A DNA stretch of 63,635 bases, filler included, from Licmophora abbreviata (lineage: Eukaryota), in NCBI GenBank assembly GCA_900291995.1. It is 17 parts of 17 records of this genome, joined end to end, with 100 filler letters (N's around TTAATTAATTAA, not from the genome) between each part and the next. Parts side by side here need not be neighbours in the genome. Positions count along the whole stretch, not along the records: positions 51,737 to 54,041 come from OLMU01004700.1; positions 54,142 to 55,800 come from OLMU01004702.1; positions 55,901 to 58,204 come from OLMU01004704.1; positions 58,305 to 60,837 come from OLMU01004705.1; positions 60,938 to 63,635 come from OLMU01004706.1; 12 more parts are not named here. The stretch is one strand, 5' to 3'. The notes beneath the pieces are model-generated. The model had not been told where the DNA came from. It worked only from the letters and a program-made list of their open reading frames with translations, and made no database searches. Every line of letters starts with the position of its first letter. The first letter of the stretch is position 1. Positions 51,929 through 63,048 of the stretch are shown here, one piece after another. A program made the position numbers and the translations under genes.

Positions 51929-52738
51929 ATGACAGTTCACTCCGCAACCGCTCCCATGCCGCCTGTCCCCGCCAATTGCTTTGCCGAAACCGTGACCGAG
52001 GTCGAACATTACACCGACCGTCTGTTTCGCTTTCGCATGACGCGCCCCGCCAGTTTTCGGTTTCGCTCGGGCGAATTCGTGATGATCGGTCTGCCGAATG
52101 CCGAACGCCCGGTCTTTCGCGCCTACTCGATCGCATCGCCCTCATGGGATGACACGCTCGAGTTCTATTCGATCAAGGTGCCGGACGGTCCGCTGACCGA
52201 ACATCTGCAACGGATCACACCTGGGGATACCGTTCTGATGCGCAAGAAACCCACAGGCACGCTCGTTCTCGATGCGCTTTTGCCCGGGCGCAGGCTCTAC
52301 ATGCTCTCGACCGGCACCGGCATCGCACCGTTCGCCAGCCTCGTCCGCGATCCGGAAACCTATGAGAAATTCGAAACGGTCGTTGTGATGCATGGCTGCC
52401 GCCAGCAGGCCGAGCTGACCTATGGCGAACAGCTGGTGGCCGCCACGCAAGACGATCCTCTGGTGGGCGAGCTGGCCGCCGACCGGTTGCGGCACTACAC
52501 CTGCGTCACCCGTGAAGACCACCCCCGCCGTCTCCGGGTGACCGATGCGATCACATCGGGCCGTGTGTTCGACGACCTGGACTTGCCCGCGCTCGATCCG
52601 GCGACGGACCGGGTGATGATCTGCGGCTCGATGGAGATGCTGCGCGACAGCAAATCCCTCTGCGAGGCGGCCGGTCTGGAAGAAGGTTCCAACAGCGTGC
52701 CCGGAACCTATGTGGTCGAGCGTGCTTTCGTGGATTGA
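51929..52738 (+). CDS. fpr: Ferredoxin--NADP reductase
   Basis: FRSGEFVMIGL, RAYSIAS, KKPTGTL, TGTGIAPF, MICGS, ERAFVD. Confidence 0.93.
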   Translation: MTVHSATAPMPPVPANCFAETVTEVEHYTDRLFRFRMTRPASFRFRSGEFVMIGLPNAERPVFRAYSIASPSWDDTLEFYSIKVPDGPLTEHLQRITPGDTVLMRKKPTGTLVLDALLPGRRLYMLSTGTGIAPFASLVRDPETYEKFETVVVMHGCRQQAELTYGEQLVAATQDDPLVGELAADRLRHYTCVTREDHPRRLRVTDAITSGRVFDDLDLPALDPATDRVMICGSMEMLRDSKSLCEAAGLEEGSNSVPGTYVVERAFVD

Positions 52739-53089
52739 TTGGTACAACCTGGCGACAATTTTGTACAAATCCTACACAATTTTGGCGAGTATCTGGCGGC
52801 GCCTTGGTCAGGGTCTGATGCCGAAAACCCGGGAAATCGCCCCGGAAACCCTGCGTCCTTGATATGGAAATAATCCGGATCCGCCCCTTGCGTCGCCGTT
52901 AAATGCTGCCCCTAAATATCTAAAAACAATATAAAACAGTCATTTTAGTCAATTTTCCCGCGCAACCTAAAGCAGTGCCTCACATCCCGCCGATCTCGTT
53001 GACCGGGCGCACGAACGATCCCAATCCCCCGACCCCTTTTTCGCCATCTTTCGACCCAAATTTGTCACGAATTTTCCCGGATCAACGAC

Positions 53090-53326
53090 CCCAGCTGAAA
53101 ATCAGCCCAAAAGGCCCGGCTGGGTGGCATGGCAGTGGTTCGGAGGGACCATGAGGTGTTTTGCGTCTGAAAGGGCGCACAAGACGATGCCTGCCCTCTG
53201 ACGATCAGTCAGCCGCGGTTCTGCGTCCGTTTGCCGGAGATTGGCGGCGGAATTCGTGTTCGGTCGCATCAGGTCAGGTGCAACCGGAATTGTATGAGTG
53301 CGGTGGTGGTACCGCCTGTGTAGGAG
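53090..53326 (+). ncRNA. Putative structured 5' leader RNA of the adhesin gene
   Basis: Several GC-rich hairpins and a possible three-way junction upstream of a TAGGAG ribosome binding site; folded by eye only. Confidence 0.35.
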
Positions 53327-53334
53327 TGTGCAAG

Positions 53335-55681
53335 TTGACCTTTTTCGATCCCAAGACTGCCGTTATCGGCGGTCGCGTCTTCTCAGACAGCAATGCAGAC
53401 AATACCGAGTTCTCGGCCTCGGGCGGCTTCGAAGCCGGGCTTGACGGACAGCTCGTTCAGCTGCTCGATGCACATGGTAATGTCATCAAAGCAACCCATA
53501 CCGACCATAACGGGTTCTATTCGTTCACGCATCTGGCAACTGGGGATTACTTCGTCCAATTCCCAAATCAGGTTGATGACCTGACTTTGGCCGAAAAGGA
53601 CATTGGTGGCTTCCGTGCAGACAGCGACGCGAACGTAGACACCGGGCGAACTGATCCAATTCACGTGCAGCCGGGTGAAAGCAAGACCGAGGTCGATGCA
53701 GGGTACAGCATGAAACCGCAACAGGATGGCACGGTCGACGGGGCCGAAACGGGTGAGTTCATGCCCGTGGGCTATGCGGATGCGCAGGGCGACGTCATCA
53801 CCGAAGGGAATGACCGTATCTTCGGCAACGGGGGCGATGATGATATCCGTTCCGGAGGCGGTGATGATTTCATCGATGGCGGGACCGGCAATGACAACAT
53901 CTTCGGCGGGACCGGCAATGACTTCATCCTCGCGGGAGACGGCGACGACACCGTGCGTGGCCGCGAAGGCGATGATTACATCGACGCAGGCGCCGGCAAT
54001 GACAACATCATGGGCGAAGATGGCGACGACGTGCTGCGGGGNNNNNNNNNNNNNNNNNNNNNNNNNNNNNNNNNNNNNNNNNNNNTTAATTAATTAANNN
54101 NNNNNNNNNNNNNNNNNNNNNNNNNNNNNNNNNNNNNNNNNTCGTGCGGGCGACGATTTCGTGGCCGGCGGCTCGGGCAATGACGACATCCTCGGCGAGG
54201 ATGGCAACGACTCGCTTTATGGCGACACCGGTGACGACTTCATCGGCGGTGGCGCAGGTGACGACATTATCAGCGACGCGCTCGAAGGGTTTGTCGGTGG
54301 CGGCAATGACCAGTTCTATGGCGATGACGGCAACGACACCCTGCTGGGCGGCGACGGCCATGACACGCTTGTGGGCGGTGCTGATGCCGACAGGATCGAA
54401 GGTGGCGCGGGCGATGACCTTATCACCTTCGACAACCCGTTCGTGGACAACGAAGACCCCACCACCGATGGCGCGGGCGACATGATCTTCGGCGGAGCCG
54501 AGGGCGCGTTGGACAACGACACGCTCGATCTGCGTGGTGCAGGCAAGGTCACCATCGATCAGCAGATCGACGAGAATGATGAGGGCGCCACCAAAGGCAC
54601 CGTTACTTTCGCCGATGGCAGCACCCTGACCTTCGAAGGGATCGAGACGATCCTCAGCGATGGTGAGGTGAATGCCGCACCTGTCGCCGTTGATGATGCC
54701 GCCGTCGTGCTCGAGGATGGATCGGTCACGATCGACGTGCTGTCGAACGATGTCGACCCCGAAGAGGACCCGCTGACCGTAACGCAGGCAAGCGCCGAGA
54801 ACGGGACGGTGACCGTGAACGATGACAACAGCCTCGAATATACCCCTGATCCCGGGTTCTTCGGGACCGACATCATCACCTACGAGATCTCGGATGGGTT
54901 CGGGAACACCGATACCGGCGAGGTTACCGTCGAAGTGGAAGAAGTGCCGGATGCGCCGGTGGTCGATGGAACGGCGGGAGACGATGTGCTGCTGTCGGAC
55001 TTCGTCGATGAAGACGGCGACCAGATTGATGGCACCGACGGTCTGAACGATACGATCGACGCGGGCGCTGGCAACGATTTCGTCGATGGCGGTGCCGGGG
55101 ATGACACGTTCCTCGATAACGCTGGCAACGATGTCTACTTCGGCAATGAAGGCAACGACACCTATGTCGCCCAGGACACCGGCAATGTCTTTGTCACGGT
55201 CAGCCAGGAAGGAAACGGTCAGGTGCAGAACGTGCCATCCGGCGAGGTGGACGAGGTGTTCAGCGTCGAGTCTTTCGTCGCCGGTGAGGACGAAAGCGGA
55301 TTTGACGGTATCGCCTTCGATGAAGCGATCCCCGAGGATGAAATCGCCACCCAGCTTCAGGGCATTTCCGACAATGCATTTGGTCAGTTCTTCCCCGACG
55401 CTGCGCCTCCCGTTGCCTTTGGGCCGGAAGTCGGTCTCTTGCTGTCGGATGTCCTTGGCGGGGCAGTCGGAGGATCGCCTGTCGGGGGATACCTGATCGA
55501 GGGTGGCGACGAGGAAGGTCAGATCGGAGAGATTTCCTTCGAAAACTTCGAACAGATTTTCTTCGGCGTTGAAATGGCGAGTGACCGTGAGACCGAGGAA
55601 CGAGCCTTCGAGGAAATGCGCATGCGCGAAGATCTTCGCGAAGAGGAAGAAGAGCTGGACCGTATGGGCATGACCATGTGA
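53335..55681 (+). CDS. RTX Ca2+-binding surface protein: SdrD-B-like domain + GGxGxD repeats + cadherin-like Ig domain, split by spacer 54042-54141
   Basis: IGGRVFSDSN...VQLLDAHGNVI...TDHNGFYSF...DSD...DAGY, many GGxGND nonapeptides and NAAPVAVDD...YTPDPGFFGTDIITYEISDG; likely TTG start after AGGAG. Confidence 0.85.
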
Positions 55682-55702
55682 ACAGTCCTCTTGCAGACAG
55701 TC

Positions 55703-55728
55703 AAAGCGCCCCGTCAGGGGCGCTTTTT
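55703..55728 (+). terminator. Rho-independent terminator
   Basis: AAAGCGCCCC-GTCA-GGGGCGCTTTTT, about 20 nt after the stop codon. Confidence 0.88.
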
Positions 55729-55900
55729 CCGTTTTGGGTCAGGCCAGTTCAGGGCCTTGGCCTAACGGCCACCAATGCATCTGCGCAAAGCGGTCAGGAT
55801 NNNNNNNNNNNNNNNNNNNNNNNNNNNNNNNNNNNNNNNNNNNNTTAATTAATTAANNNNNNNNNNNNNNNNNNNNNNNNNNNNNNNNNNNNNNNNNNNN

Positions 55901-56832
55901 ATCACCAGTTCGAGATTCGGCAGATCGATCCCGCGTGCGGCGACATCCGTGGCCACGCAGACGCGGGCCCGCCCGTCGCGCATCGCTTGCAGCGCATGGG
56001 TCCGTTCGCTCTGTGACAGCTCGCCCGACAGGGCCACGACCGAAAAGCTGCGGTTCGACAGCCGGGTGGTCAACCGGTTGACCATGGCCCGGGTATTGCA
56101 GAACACGATTGCATTGGGCGCTTCGTAATAGCGCAGGACGTTGATGATCGCGTTCTCGGCATCCCGCGCCGACACATTGAGCGCGCGATATTCTATATCG
56201 GCATGCTGCGTGGTGCCCGAGGCGGTGGAAATCCGGATCGCGTCCTTCTGGTAATTGCTGGCGAGCTTCGCGATCGCCGCTGGCACCGTGGCCGAGAACA
56301 GCAATGTCTGACGCTCGGTTGGCGCCTGCTCCAGAATGAATTCCAGATCTTCGCGAAACCCGAGATCCAGCATCTCGTCGGCCTCATCCAGAACCACCGC
56401 CTTCAAGGCGCTCAGATCAATGCTGCCCCGCATGATGTGATCGCGCAGACGGCCCGGCGTGGCGACAACGATATGCGCACCGCGCTCCAGTGCCCGACGC
56501 TCGTCGCGCATGTCCATGCCCCCAACAGTCGAGGCCAGAACGGCGTTGGCCTGCCCGAAGAGCCACGCCAACTCGCGCTTGACCTGCAGGGCCAGTTCGC
56601 GCGTCGGCGCGATAACCAGGGCGAGGGGCGCCGCGGCAGGTCCGAAACTCTCAGCCTCGCCGAACAGGCCCGGCGCGATGGCCAGCCCGAATCCAAGCGT
56701 CTTGCCCGATCCGGTCTGCGCCGAGACCAGAAGATCCTTGCCCGCCAGTTCCGGGGCGCTCACGGCCTCCTGCACGGCGGTGAGCGAGGTGTATCCCTGG
56801 GCGTCCAGAGCGTTTGCAAGAGCTTGTTTCAA
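55901..56832 (-). CDS. DEAD-box RNA helicase, 3' part in the spacer
   Basis: AQTGSGKT, PTRELA, TPGR, DEAD, SAT, TDVAARGID; likely TTG start at 56832. Confidence 0.93.
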
Positions 56833-57169
56833 AGGCGGTTCACTTTTCGGATGCGAGGAGGGCCACAGGCGCCCGAAGGACGGCCCCGGACGGCTAAACC
56901 CCCGCGTTATCCTTTCAGACCGTGGATGTATAGACTGCAATCACGGTTTCGGCACCTGGCAGGCGCCGGACCGCGCAGCATCAATCTTGCGCAACCTGCC
57001 TTGTCGCACTGTGCACAATTTATGCGCATGTCGGGCAGGTCTGCCGGAAAAACAGTCTATTTGCGCTGGACACTCGCCCGCATGAAACCTTTTATTGGCA
57101 GATGCGCGAATTGTCTTTACCATTTGGTCAAACATCGAGGCGCGCCTCGTCCAACAGGGGAAATAGGTC

Positions 57170-58201
57170 ATGAAGACATCACTCAACACTGCCGCATCCG
57201 GACTCACGCGCCGGCGCTTTCTTGGCACCACCGCGGGCACGGCGCTTGTCGTGGCGGCGGGTACTCCGGGCGGTCTGCGCGCTGCTGAACCGCTGAAGGT
57301 GGCGGGCATCTACACCGTCCCGGTCGAGCAGCAATGGGTCAGCCGCATCCACAAGGCCGCCGGGATCGCGCAGGATCGTGGCGATATCGCCTATGTCTTC
57401 TCCGAGAATGTCTCGAATACCGACTATGCCCGCGTGATGCGCGAATATGCCGAACAGGGATACCAGCTCATCATCGGCGAAGTGTTCGCCGTCGAACAGG
57501 AGGCGCGCGAGGTCGCGGCCGAATATCCCGATATCGCCTTCCTCATGGGCTCCAGCTTCAAGCAGGATGATGCGCTGCCCAACTTCGCCGTCTTCGACAA
57601 CTACATTCAGGACGCGTCCTATCTGACCGGCATCATTGCAGGCTCCATGACCGAAACCGCGAATATCGGAATGGTCGGCGGCTTCCCCATCCCCGAGGTC
57701 AACCGCCTGATGCATGCCTTCATGGCCGGCGCCCGCGAGATGAACCCCGACATCTCCTTCCAGGTCAGCTTCATCGGCAGCTGGTTTGACCCGCCCAAGG
57801 CCAAGGAAACCGCCTTCGCCATGATCGAAAACGGAGCGGACATGCTTTATGCCGAACGCTTCGGTGTCTCGGACGCCGCGCAGGAAAAGGGCATTCTGGC
57901 CATCGGCAACGTGATCGATACACAGGCCGACTATCCCGATACGGTCGTCGCTTCGGCGATCTGGCATTTCGAACCGACGCTCGACAAGGCCATCGCCGAA
58001 GTGCAGGCGGGTACCTTCAAGGCCGCTGACTATGGCGTTTATTCCTTCATGCAGGAAGGCGGATGCTCGATCGCGCCGCTCGGCACGTTCGAAGGCAAGG
58101 TGCCACAGGCGGCTATGGATCTGGTCAAGCAGCGCACCGATGAGATCATGTCGGGCGCCTATGTGGTCGAGATCAACGACGAAGAACCCAAGTCGTCCTG
58201 A
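57170..58201 (+). CDS. BMP family ABC substrate-binding protein (nucleoside/nucleobase), Tat signal
   Basis: TRRRFL, IGMVGG, FIGSWFDPPKAKE, AIGNVID. Confidence 0.9.
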   Translation: MKTSLNTAASGLTRRRFLGTTAGTALVVAAGTPGGLRAAEPLKVAGIYTVPVEQQWVSRIHKAAGIAQDRGDIAYVFSENVSNTDYARVMREYAEQGYQLIIGEVFAVEQEAREVAAEYPDIAFLMGSSFKQDDALPNFAVFDNYIQDASYLTGIIAGSMTETANIGMVGGFPIPEVNRLMHAFMAGAREMNPDISFQVSFIGSWFDPPKAKETAFAMIENGADMLYAERFGVSDAAQEKGILAIGNVIDTQADYPDTVVASAIWHFEPTLDKAIAEVQAGTFKAADYGVYSFMQEGGCSIAPLGTFEGKVPQAAMDLVKQRTDEIMSGAYVVEINDEEPKSS

Positions 58202-59127
58202 ATGNNNNNNNNNNNNNNNNNNNNNNNNNNNNNNNNNNNNNNNNNNNNTTAATTAATTAANNNNNNNNNNNNNNNNNNNNNNNNNNNNNNNNNNNNNNNN
58301 NNNNCGGCTCCGAAGTGGCCGCGCCCAAGGTCGAACAGGGCCGGCCCGGTGCCGTGCTCATGCGCCTGCAGGATGTCACCACGCCGGACCGGGGCAGCGC
58401 GCCGGGTCTGAACCGCGTGTCGCTCGCACTCCATTCGGGACAGATCGTGGGGCTTGCGGGCGTGTCGGGCAACGGACAGGCGGCGCTGGCCGATCTGATC
58501 GGCGGGCTGATCCGCCCCGCGACCGGCCGGCTCGACCTCAACGACGCCGAAATGCAGGACTGGTCGCCGCGCAAGGCGGTGCAATCGGGGATCGCCCGCA
58601 TCCCCGAAGACCGTCACAAGACCGGCACCATCGCCGAGTTCGACCTGACCGAAAACGCCATTCTCGAATCCTATGCCGATCCACCCTATAGCCGTGCGGG
58701 CTGGATGAGCTGGGGCGTGGCCGAGGCGTTTATCCGCCAGATCATCGACACCTACGACGTGCGATGCCCCGGTCCCGGCACGCGTATCCGCCTGCTGTCG
58801 GGCGGCAACATGCAGAAACTGATCCTTGGCCGTGTGCTTGAAAAGGCGCCCTCGATCATCCTCGCCAATCAGCCGGTTCGCGGCTTGGATATCGGGGCTG
58901 TGAACTACGTGCATTCGCAACTTCTGGCCGCGCGCGACCGTGGGGCCGCGGTGCTCCTGATCTCCGAGGATCTCGACGAGATCATGGCCCTGTCGGATGT
59001 GATTCACGTCATGTCCGAAGGCCGCCTGTCGCCCGGTTTCGCGCGCGGCAGCATGACACCCGCCGAACTGGGCGTCTGGATGGCCGGCCAGGGCTTCGAC
59101 GAAGCGGAGACGGCCCATGCGTCTTGA
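58202..59127 (+). CDS. Dual-domain ABC ATPase, N-terminal half in spacer 58205-58304
   Basis: ATG at 58202, then GLAGVSGNGQ, IPEDR, LSGGNMQK, QPVRGLD and ISEDLDE. Confidence 0.88.
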
Positions 59128-60166
59128 ACCTGTCGCCAACCCTTCGTTTCTGCGCACCACGGTGCCGCCCGCCATCGCCATCGGCTCGACCGTGGTGATC
59201 GCCTCGCTTCTGGCCATGGCCGCAGGCGCCAATCCGTTTTCGGTGCTGGGGCTTATCATCAAGGGCGCATTCGGCTCGAAATTCGCGCTTCTGGAAACGC
59301 TCAACCGGGCGACGCCGCTCATCTTCACCGGCCTGTCTGTCGCTGTCGCCTTCCGCGCCCGCCTTTGGAATATCGGCGCCGAGGCGCAGCTTTATGCCGG
59401 CGCGCTCATTACCGTGATCCTTGGTACGGGTATGCTGCAATGGGGGGCTTTTGCCCTCATTCCTACGCTGGTCATTGCGTCGATGCTGGCGGGGGCACTG
59501 GTGCTCTTGGTGCCGGCGCTGCTCAAAGTGCGCTTTGGTGTGGATGAGGTTGTGACCACGCTTCTCTTCAACTTCATTTTCCTCCTGTTCGTGTCGATGC
59601 TTCTGGAAGGGCCGCTCAAGGATCCGATGGGCATGGGCTGGCCGAAATCCGAACGCCTGATCGCAGAGGCGCGCCTGCCGCGCATCGTCGAAGGGTTGCG
59701 CTTGCATTGGGGCTTCGCATTGGCGCTGATCGCGGCGGTGGTGGTCTGGGTGATCCAGCGCCGCACCACGCTCGGCTACGAGATGCGCGCGGTCGGTCTC
59801 AACCGCGAGGCGGCGGGGTTCGCGGGCATCCCGGTCAATCTCGTGCTCGTCAAGACGGCGCTTCTGGCGGGCGGTCTGGCGGCGCTTGCGGGCTTCTCCG
59901 AGGTGGCGGGCCTCAAGGGCAACCTGACCCTCGATCTCAGCCCCGGCTTTGGCTACACCGGCATCATCGTTGCGATGCTGGCGCTGCTCAATCCGCTTGG
60001 CGTGATCGCGGCGGCGCTGTTCGTGGCGGGCATCTTCGTCGGTGCTGACAGCATGAGCCGCGCCGTGGGCGTTCCCAGCTATCTGGCCGACATCATGCTG
60101 GCCACGGCACTTTTGCTGATGGTGCTGGCGATCCTGCTGACCCGGTTCCGCGTGGTGAGGGAATAG
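59117..60166 (+). CDS. Nucleoside ABC permease 1
   Basis: ATPLIFTGL, WNIGAEAQ, GYEMRAVGLN, GYTGIIVA. Confidence 0.9.
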   Translation: MRLEPVANPSFLRTTVPPAIAIGSTVVIASLLAMAAGANPFSVLGLIIKGAFGSKFALLETLNRATPLIFTGLSVAVAFRARLWNIGAEAQLYAGALITVILGTGMLQWGAFALIPTLVIASMLAGALVLLVPALLKVRFGVDEVVTTLLFNFIFLLFVSMLLEGPLKDPMGMGWPKSERLIAEARLPRIVEGLRLHWGFALALIAAVVVWVIQRRTTLGYEMRAVGLNREAAGFAGIPVNLVLVKTALLAGGLAALAGFSEVAGLKGNLTLDLSPGFGYTGIIVAMLALLNPLGVIAAALFVAGIFVGADSMSRAVGVPSYLADIMLATALLLMVLAILLTRFRVVRE

Positions 60167-60169
60167 GCC

Positions 60170-61062
60170 ATGGACATCCTCGAAATTCTCCTTTCCGCCA
60201 GTTTCTGGACAGCGGCCATCCGCATCGCCAGCCCGCTGATCTTCGCCACCTTGGGCGAGCTGATCTGCGAACGCGCGGGCGTGCTCAATCTCGGGATCGA
60301 GGGGATCATGGTCGCCGGTGCCTTCGCGGGCTGGATGGCGGTCTATTCCGGCACCGGGCTATGGATGGGCGTGGCCGTGGCGATGGCTGTGGGCATGCTC
60401 TTTGGGCTGGTGCACAGCCTGCTGACCGTCCCGTTCGGACTGTCGCAGCATGTGGTCGGGCTTGGCGTCACGCTGTTGGCCACGTCGCTGACCTATTACG
60501 CCTATCGCCTTGCCCTGCCCGAAGTGACCAGCCCGCCCAAGATCGACGCGTTCCAGCCTTATGAAATCCCACTTCTGTCGGATCTGCCGCTGATCGGCCC
60601 GGCGCTGTTTTCGCAGACGCCGCTGACTTATCTCGCGTTCATTCTGGTCGGCGTGGTGGCGTTCGTGCTGTACCGCACGCCGCTTGGCCTTGCCCTGCGG
60701 GCCGCGGGCGAAAACCCCTCGGCCGTGGCGGCGCAGGGGCTTTCGGTCACCGGCATCCGCATGGGTGCGGTGATCGTCGGCAGCGGCTTCATGGCGGTGG
60801 GTGGCGCGTTTCTGACCATGTCGGCCTTCGACAGCTTNNNNNNNNNNNNNNNNNNNNNNNNNNNNNNNNNNNNNNNNNNNNTTAATTAATTAANNNNNNN
60901 NNNNNNNNNNNNNNNNNNNNNNNNNNNNNNNNNNNNNACATTCCCTATCAGGTGTTCCTGATGATGCCCTATTTCCTGTCCATACTGGCGCTCATCGTCA
61001 TGTCGCGCCGGGCCGAGGTGCCCGCCGCCCTGATGGTGCCGTTCAACAAGGGAGAACGCTGA
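60170..61062 (+). CDS. Nucleoside ABC permease 2, split by spacer 60838-60937
   Basis: ERAGVLNLGIEG and RAAGENP; resumes as IPYQVFLMMPY...PAALMVPF with TGA at 61060-61062. Confidence 0.9.
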
Positions 61063-62339
61063 TGTTCGATCTGATCGTCCGGGGCGGCACGCTGGCCGAT
61101 GGCCGCATCGCCGATATCGGTATCACCGGCGACACCATCGCCGCGGTCGAGGATCTGTCCAGCGCCGAGGCCCGGACCGTGATCGAGGCCGCTGGCGATC
61201 TGGTCGCGCCGCCGTTCGTCGATCCCCATTTTCACCTTGATGCGACCCTGTCCTATGGCCTGCCGCGCATCAACGCCTCGGGCACCTTGCTCGAAGGCAT
61301 CGGGCTCTGGGGTGAACTCAAGCAGATCGTCACCCAGGACGAGATGATCGAGCGCGCTCTGGCCTATTGCGATTGGGCCGTGAGCCAGGGGCTTCTGGCG
61401 ATCCGCAGCCATGTCGATACCTGCGATGACCGCCTTATCGGGGTCGAGGCGATGCTCGAAGTGCGCGAACGTGTCCGCCCCTATCTGGATTTGCAACTGG
61501 TGGCCTTCCCGCAGGATGGCCTCTACCGCGACCCCACCGCGCGCGACAACACGATCCGCGCGCTCGACATGGGCCTCGATGTGGTCGGCGGCATCCCGCA
61601 TTTCGAAAGAACCATGGCCGATGGGGCCGCGTCGCTGCGCGAACTGTGCGAAATCGCCGCCGCGCGCGGGCTGATGGTCGACATCCATTGCGACGAATCC
61701 GACGACCCTCTCAGTCGCCATATCGAAGCACTGGTCTTTGAGACGCAGCGCCTTGGCCTTCAGGGCCGGGTCGCAGGCTCTCATCTGACTTCGATGCATT
61801 CGATGGACAATTATTACGTCTCGAAACTTCTGCCCCTGATGGCCGAGGCGCAGGTCGCAGCGATCTCAAACCCGCTGATTAATATCGTCCTGCAGGGACG
61901 CCATGATACCTATCCCAAGCGCCGTGGTCTGACCCGCGTGAGGGAAATGCAGGCCCATGGCATCACCGTTGGCTGGGGGCAGGATTGCGTGCTGGACCCG
62001 TGGTATTCGCTCGGCACCGCCGACATGCTCGATGTGGCCTTCATGGGGATGCACGTGGCGCAGATGACCAGCCCCGAAGAGATGGCGCGCAGTTTCGACA
62101 TGGTCACCACCCAGAACGCCCGCATCATGGGCCTTGATGGCTATGGCATCGCGCCGGGCAAGACCGCGTCACTGGTGGTGCTCGATGCCGGCAATCCGAT
62201 CGAGGCTCTGCGCCTGCGCCCCGCGCGTCTGGCGGTGATCTCCAAGGGCAAGGTTGTGTCTCGGATGCCGCGCGAGGATGCGGGCCTCAGCCTTCCGGGC
62301 CGTCCCGATACCGTGCGCCGCCGTCATAGCTTGGGCTGA
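61062..62339 (+). CDS. Cytosine deaminase-like amidohydrolase
   Basis: PPFVDPHFHLD, IRSHVD, AFPQDG, HCDE, GSH, GQD. Confidence 0.85.
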   Translation: MFDLIVRGGTLADGRIADIGITGDTIAAVEDLSSAEARTVIEAAGDLVAPPFVDPHFHLDATLSYGLPRINASGTLLEGIGLWGELKQIVTQDEMIERALAYCDWAVSQGLLAIRSHVDTCDDRLIGVEAMLEVRERVRPYLDLQLVAFPQDGLYRDPTARDNTIRALDMGLDVVGGIPHFERTMADGAASLRELCEIAAARGLMVDIHCDESDDPLSRHIEALVFETQRLGLQGRVAGSHLTSMHSMDNYYVSKLLPLMAEAQVAAISNPLINIVLQGRHDTYPKRRGLTRVREMQAHGITVGWGQDCVLDPWYSLGTADMLDVAFMGMHVAQMTSPEEMARSFDMVTTQNARIMGLDGYGIAPGKTASLVVLDAGNPIEALRLRPARLAVISKGKVVSRMPREDAGLSLPGRPDTVRRRHSLG

Positions 62340-62346
62340 TCGGGCG

Positions 62347-62943
62347 TCACGCCCGTCCCGCACTGGCCGACAGCGCCAGCGCATCCACGCCAAGCGATTT
62401 CAGCGCGGCTTCCCACTTCTCGCCATCAGGCGTGTCGAACACGATCTCCTTGCCCGCCTCGCAGGTCAGCCAGCCATTCTGGGCGATCTCGGACTCCAGC
62501 TGTCCTGGCCCCCATCCAGCATAGCCAAGCGCCATCACCACATGTTGCGGCCCGCGCCCATCCGCCAGATCCTCAAGGATATCCAGCGTCGCGGTCATCG
62601 CGAAATCCTCGTTCACATCCAGCGTGGAAATCGACGAATGATACCCGTAATCATGCAGAACGAACCCCCGTCCATGCTCCACCGGGCCACCAAAATGCAC
62701 CGCCACATTGCGCATGTCCTGTCCCGGCGTGATCGAGAGCTGCTCCAGAAGATCCCGCAGCCTCAGATCCACGGTCGGCTTGTTTACTATGATCCCCATC
62801 GCGCCCTCTCCGGAATGCGCGCAAATGAAGATCACCGAATGTTCGAAGCGGGGATCTCCCATGCCCGGCATGGCGATCAGCAGTTTTCCGGTCAGATCGA
62901 TATCCGAGGTCAATCCTGTTCTCCATTGGCCATGTTGCAACAA
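62347..62943 (-). CDS. YqgE/AlgH family protein (start uncertain)
   Basis: [37 protein letters not shown]. Confidence 0.92.
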   Translation of the reverse strand: MLQHGQWRTGLTSDIDLTGKLLIAMPGMGDPRFEHSVIFICAHSGEGAMGIIVNKPTVDLRLRDLLEQLSITPGQDMRNVAVHFGGPVEHGRGFVLHDYGYHSSISTLDVNEDFAMTATLDILEDLADGRGPQHVVMALGYAGWGPGQLESEIAQNGWLTCEAGKEIVFDTPDGEKWEAALKSLGVDALALSASAGRA

Positions 62944-63048
62944 TGGGGCGCTCAGCCGCTCAGTTCAAGCAGTCCAGTGCCTTGATTGTGACAATTCTCG
63001 CTGGAAAGTGAGTTGGCATTTCCCGCCTGATACCCCATTTGAAAGATC

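Noticed and set aside
53155..53196. c-di-GMP-I riboswitch call for the GAAA hairpin
   Set aside because: The conserved GCAAAC/GCAAAG junction sequences and the tetraloop receptor are not evident, so it is kept only as an unclassified candidate.
12238..60893. Repeated TTAATTAATTAA palindromes as a biological repeat or CRISPR
   Set aside because: Each is centred in exactly 44 + 44 N and many interrupt genes, so they are pipeline linkers. No repeat-spacer array or cas gene was seen.
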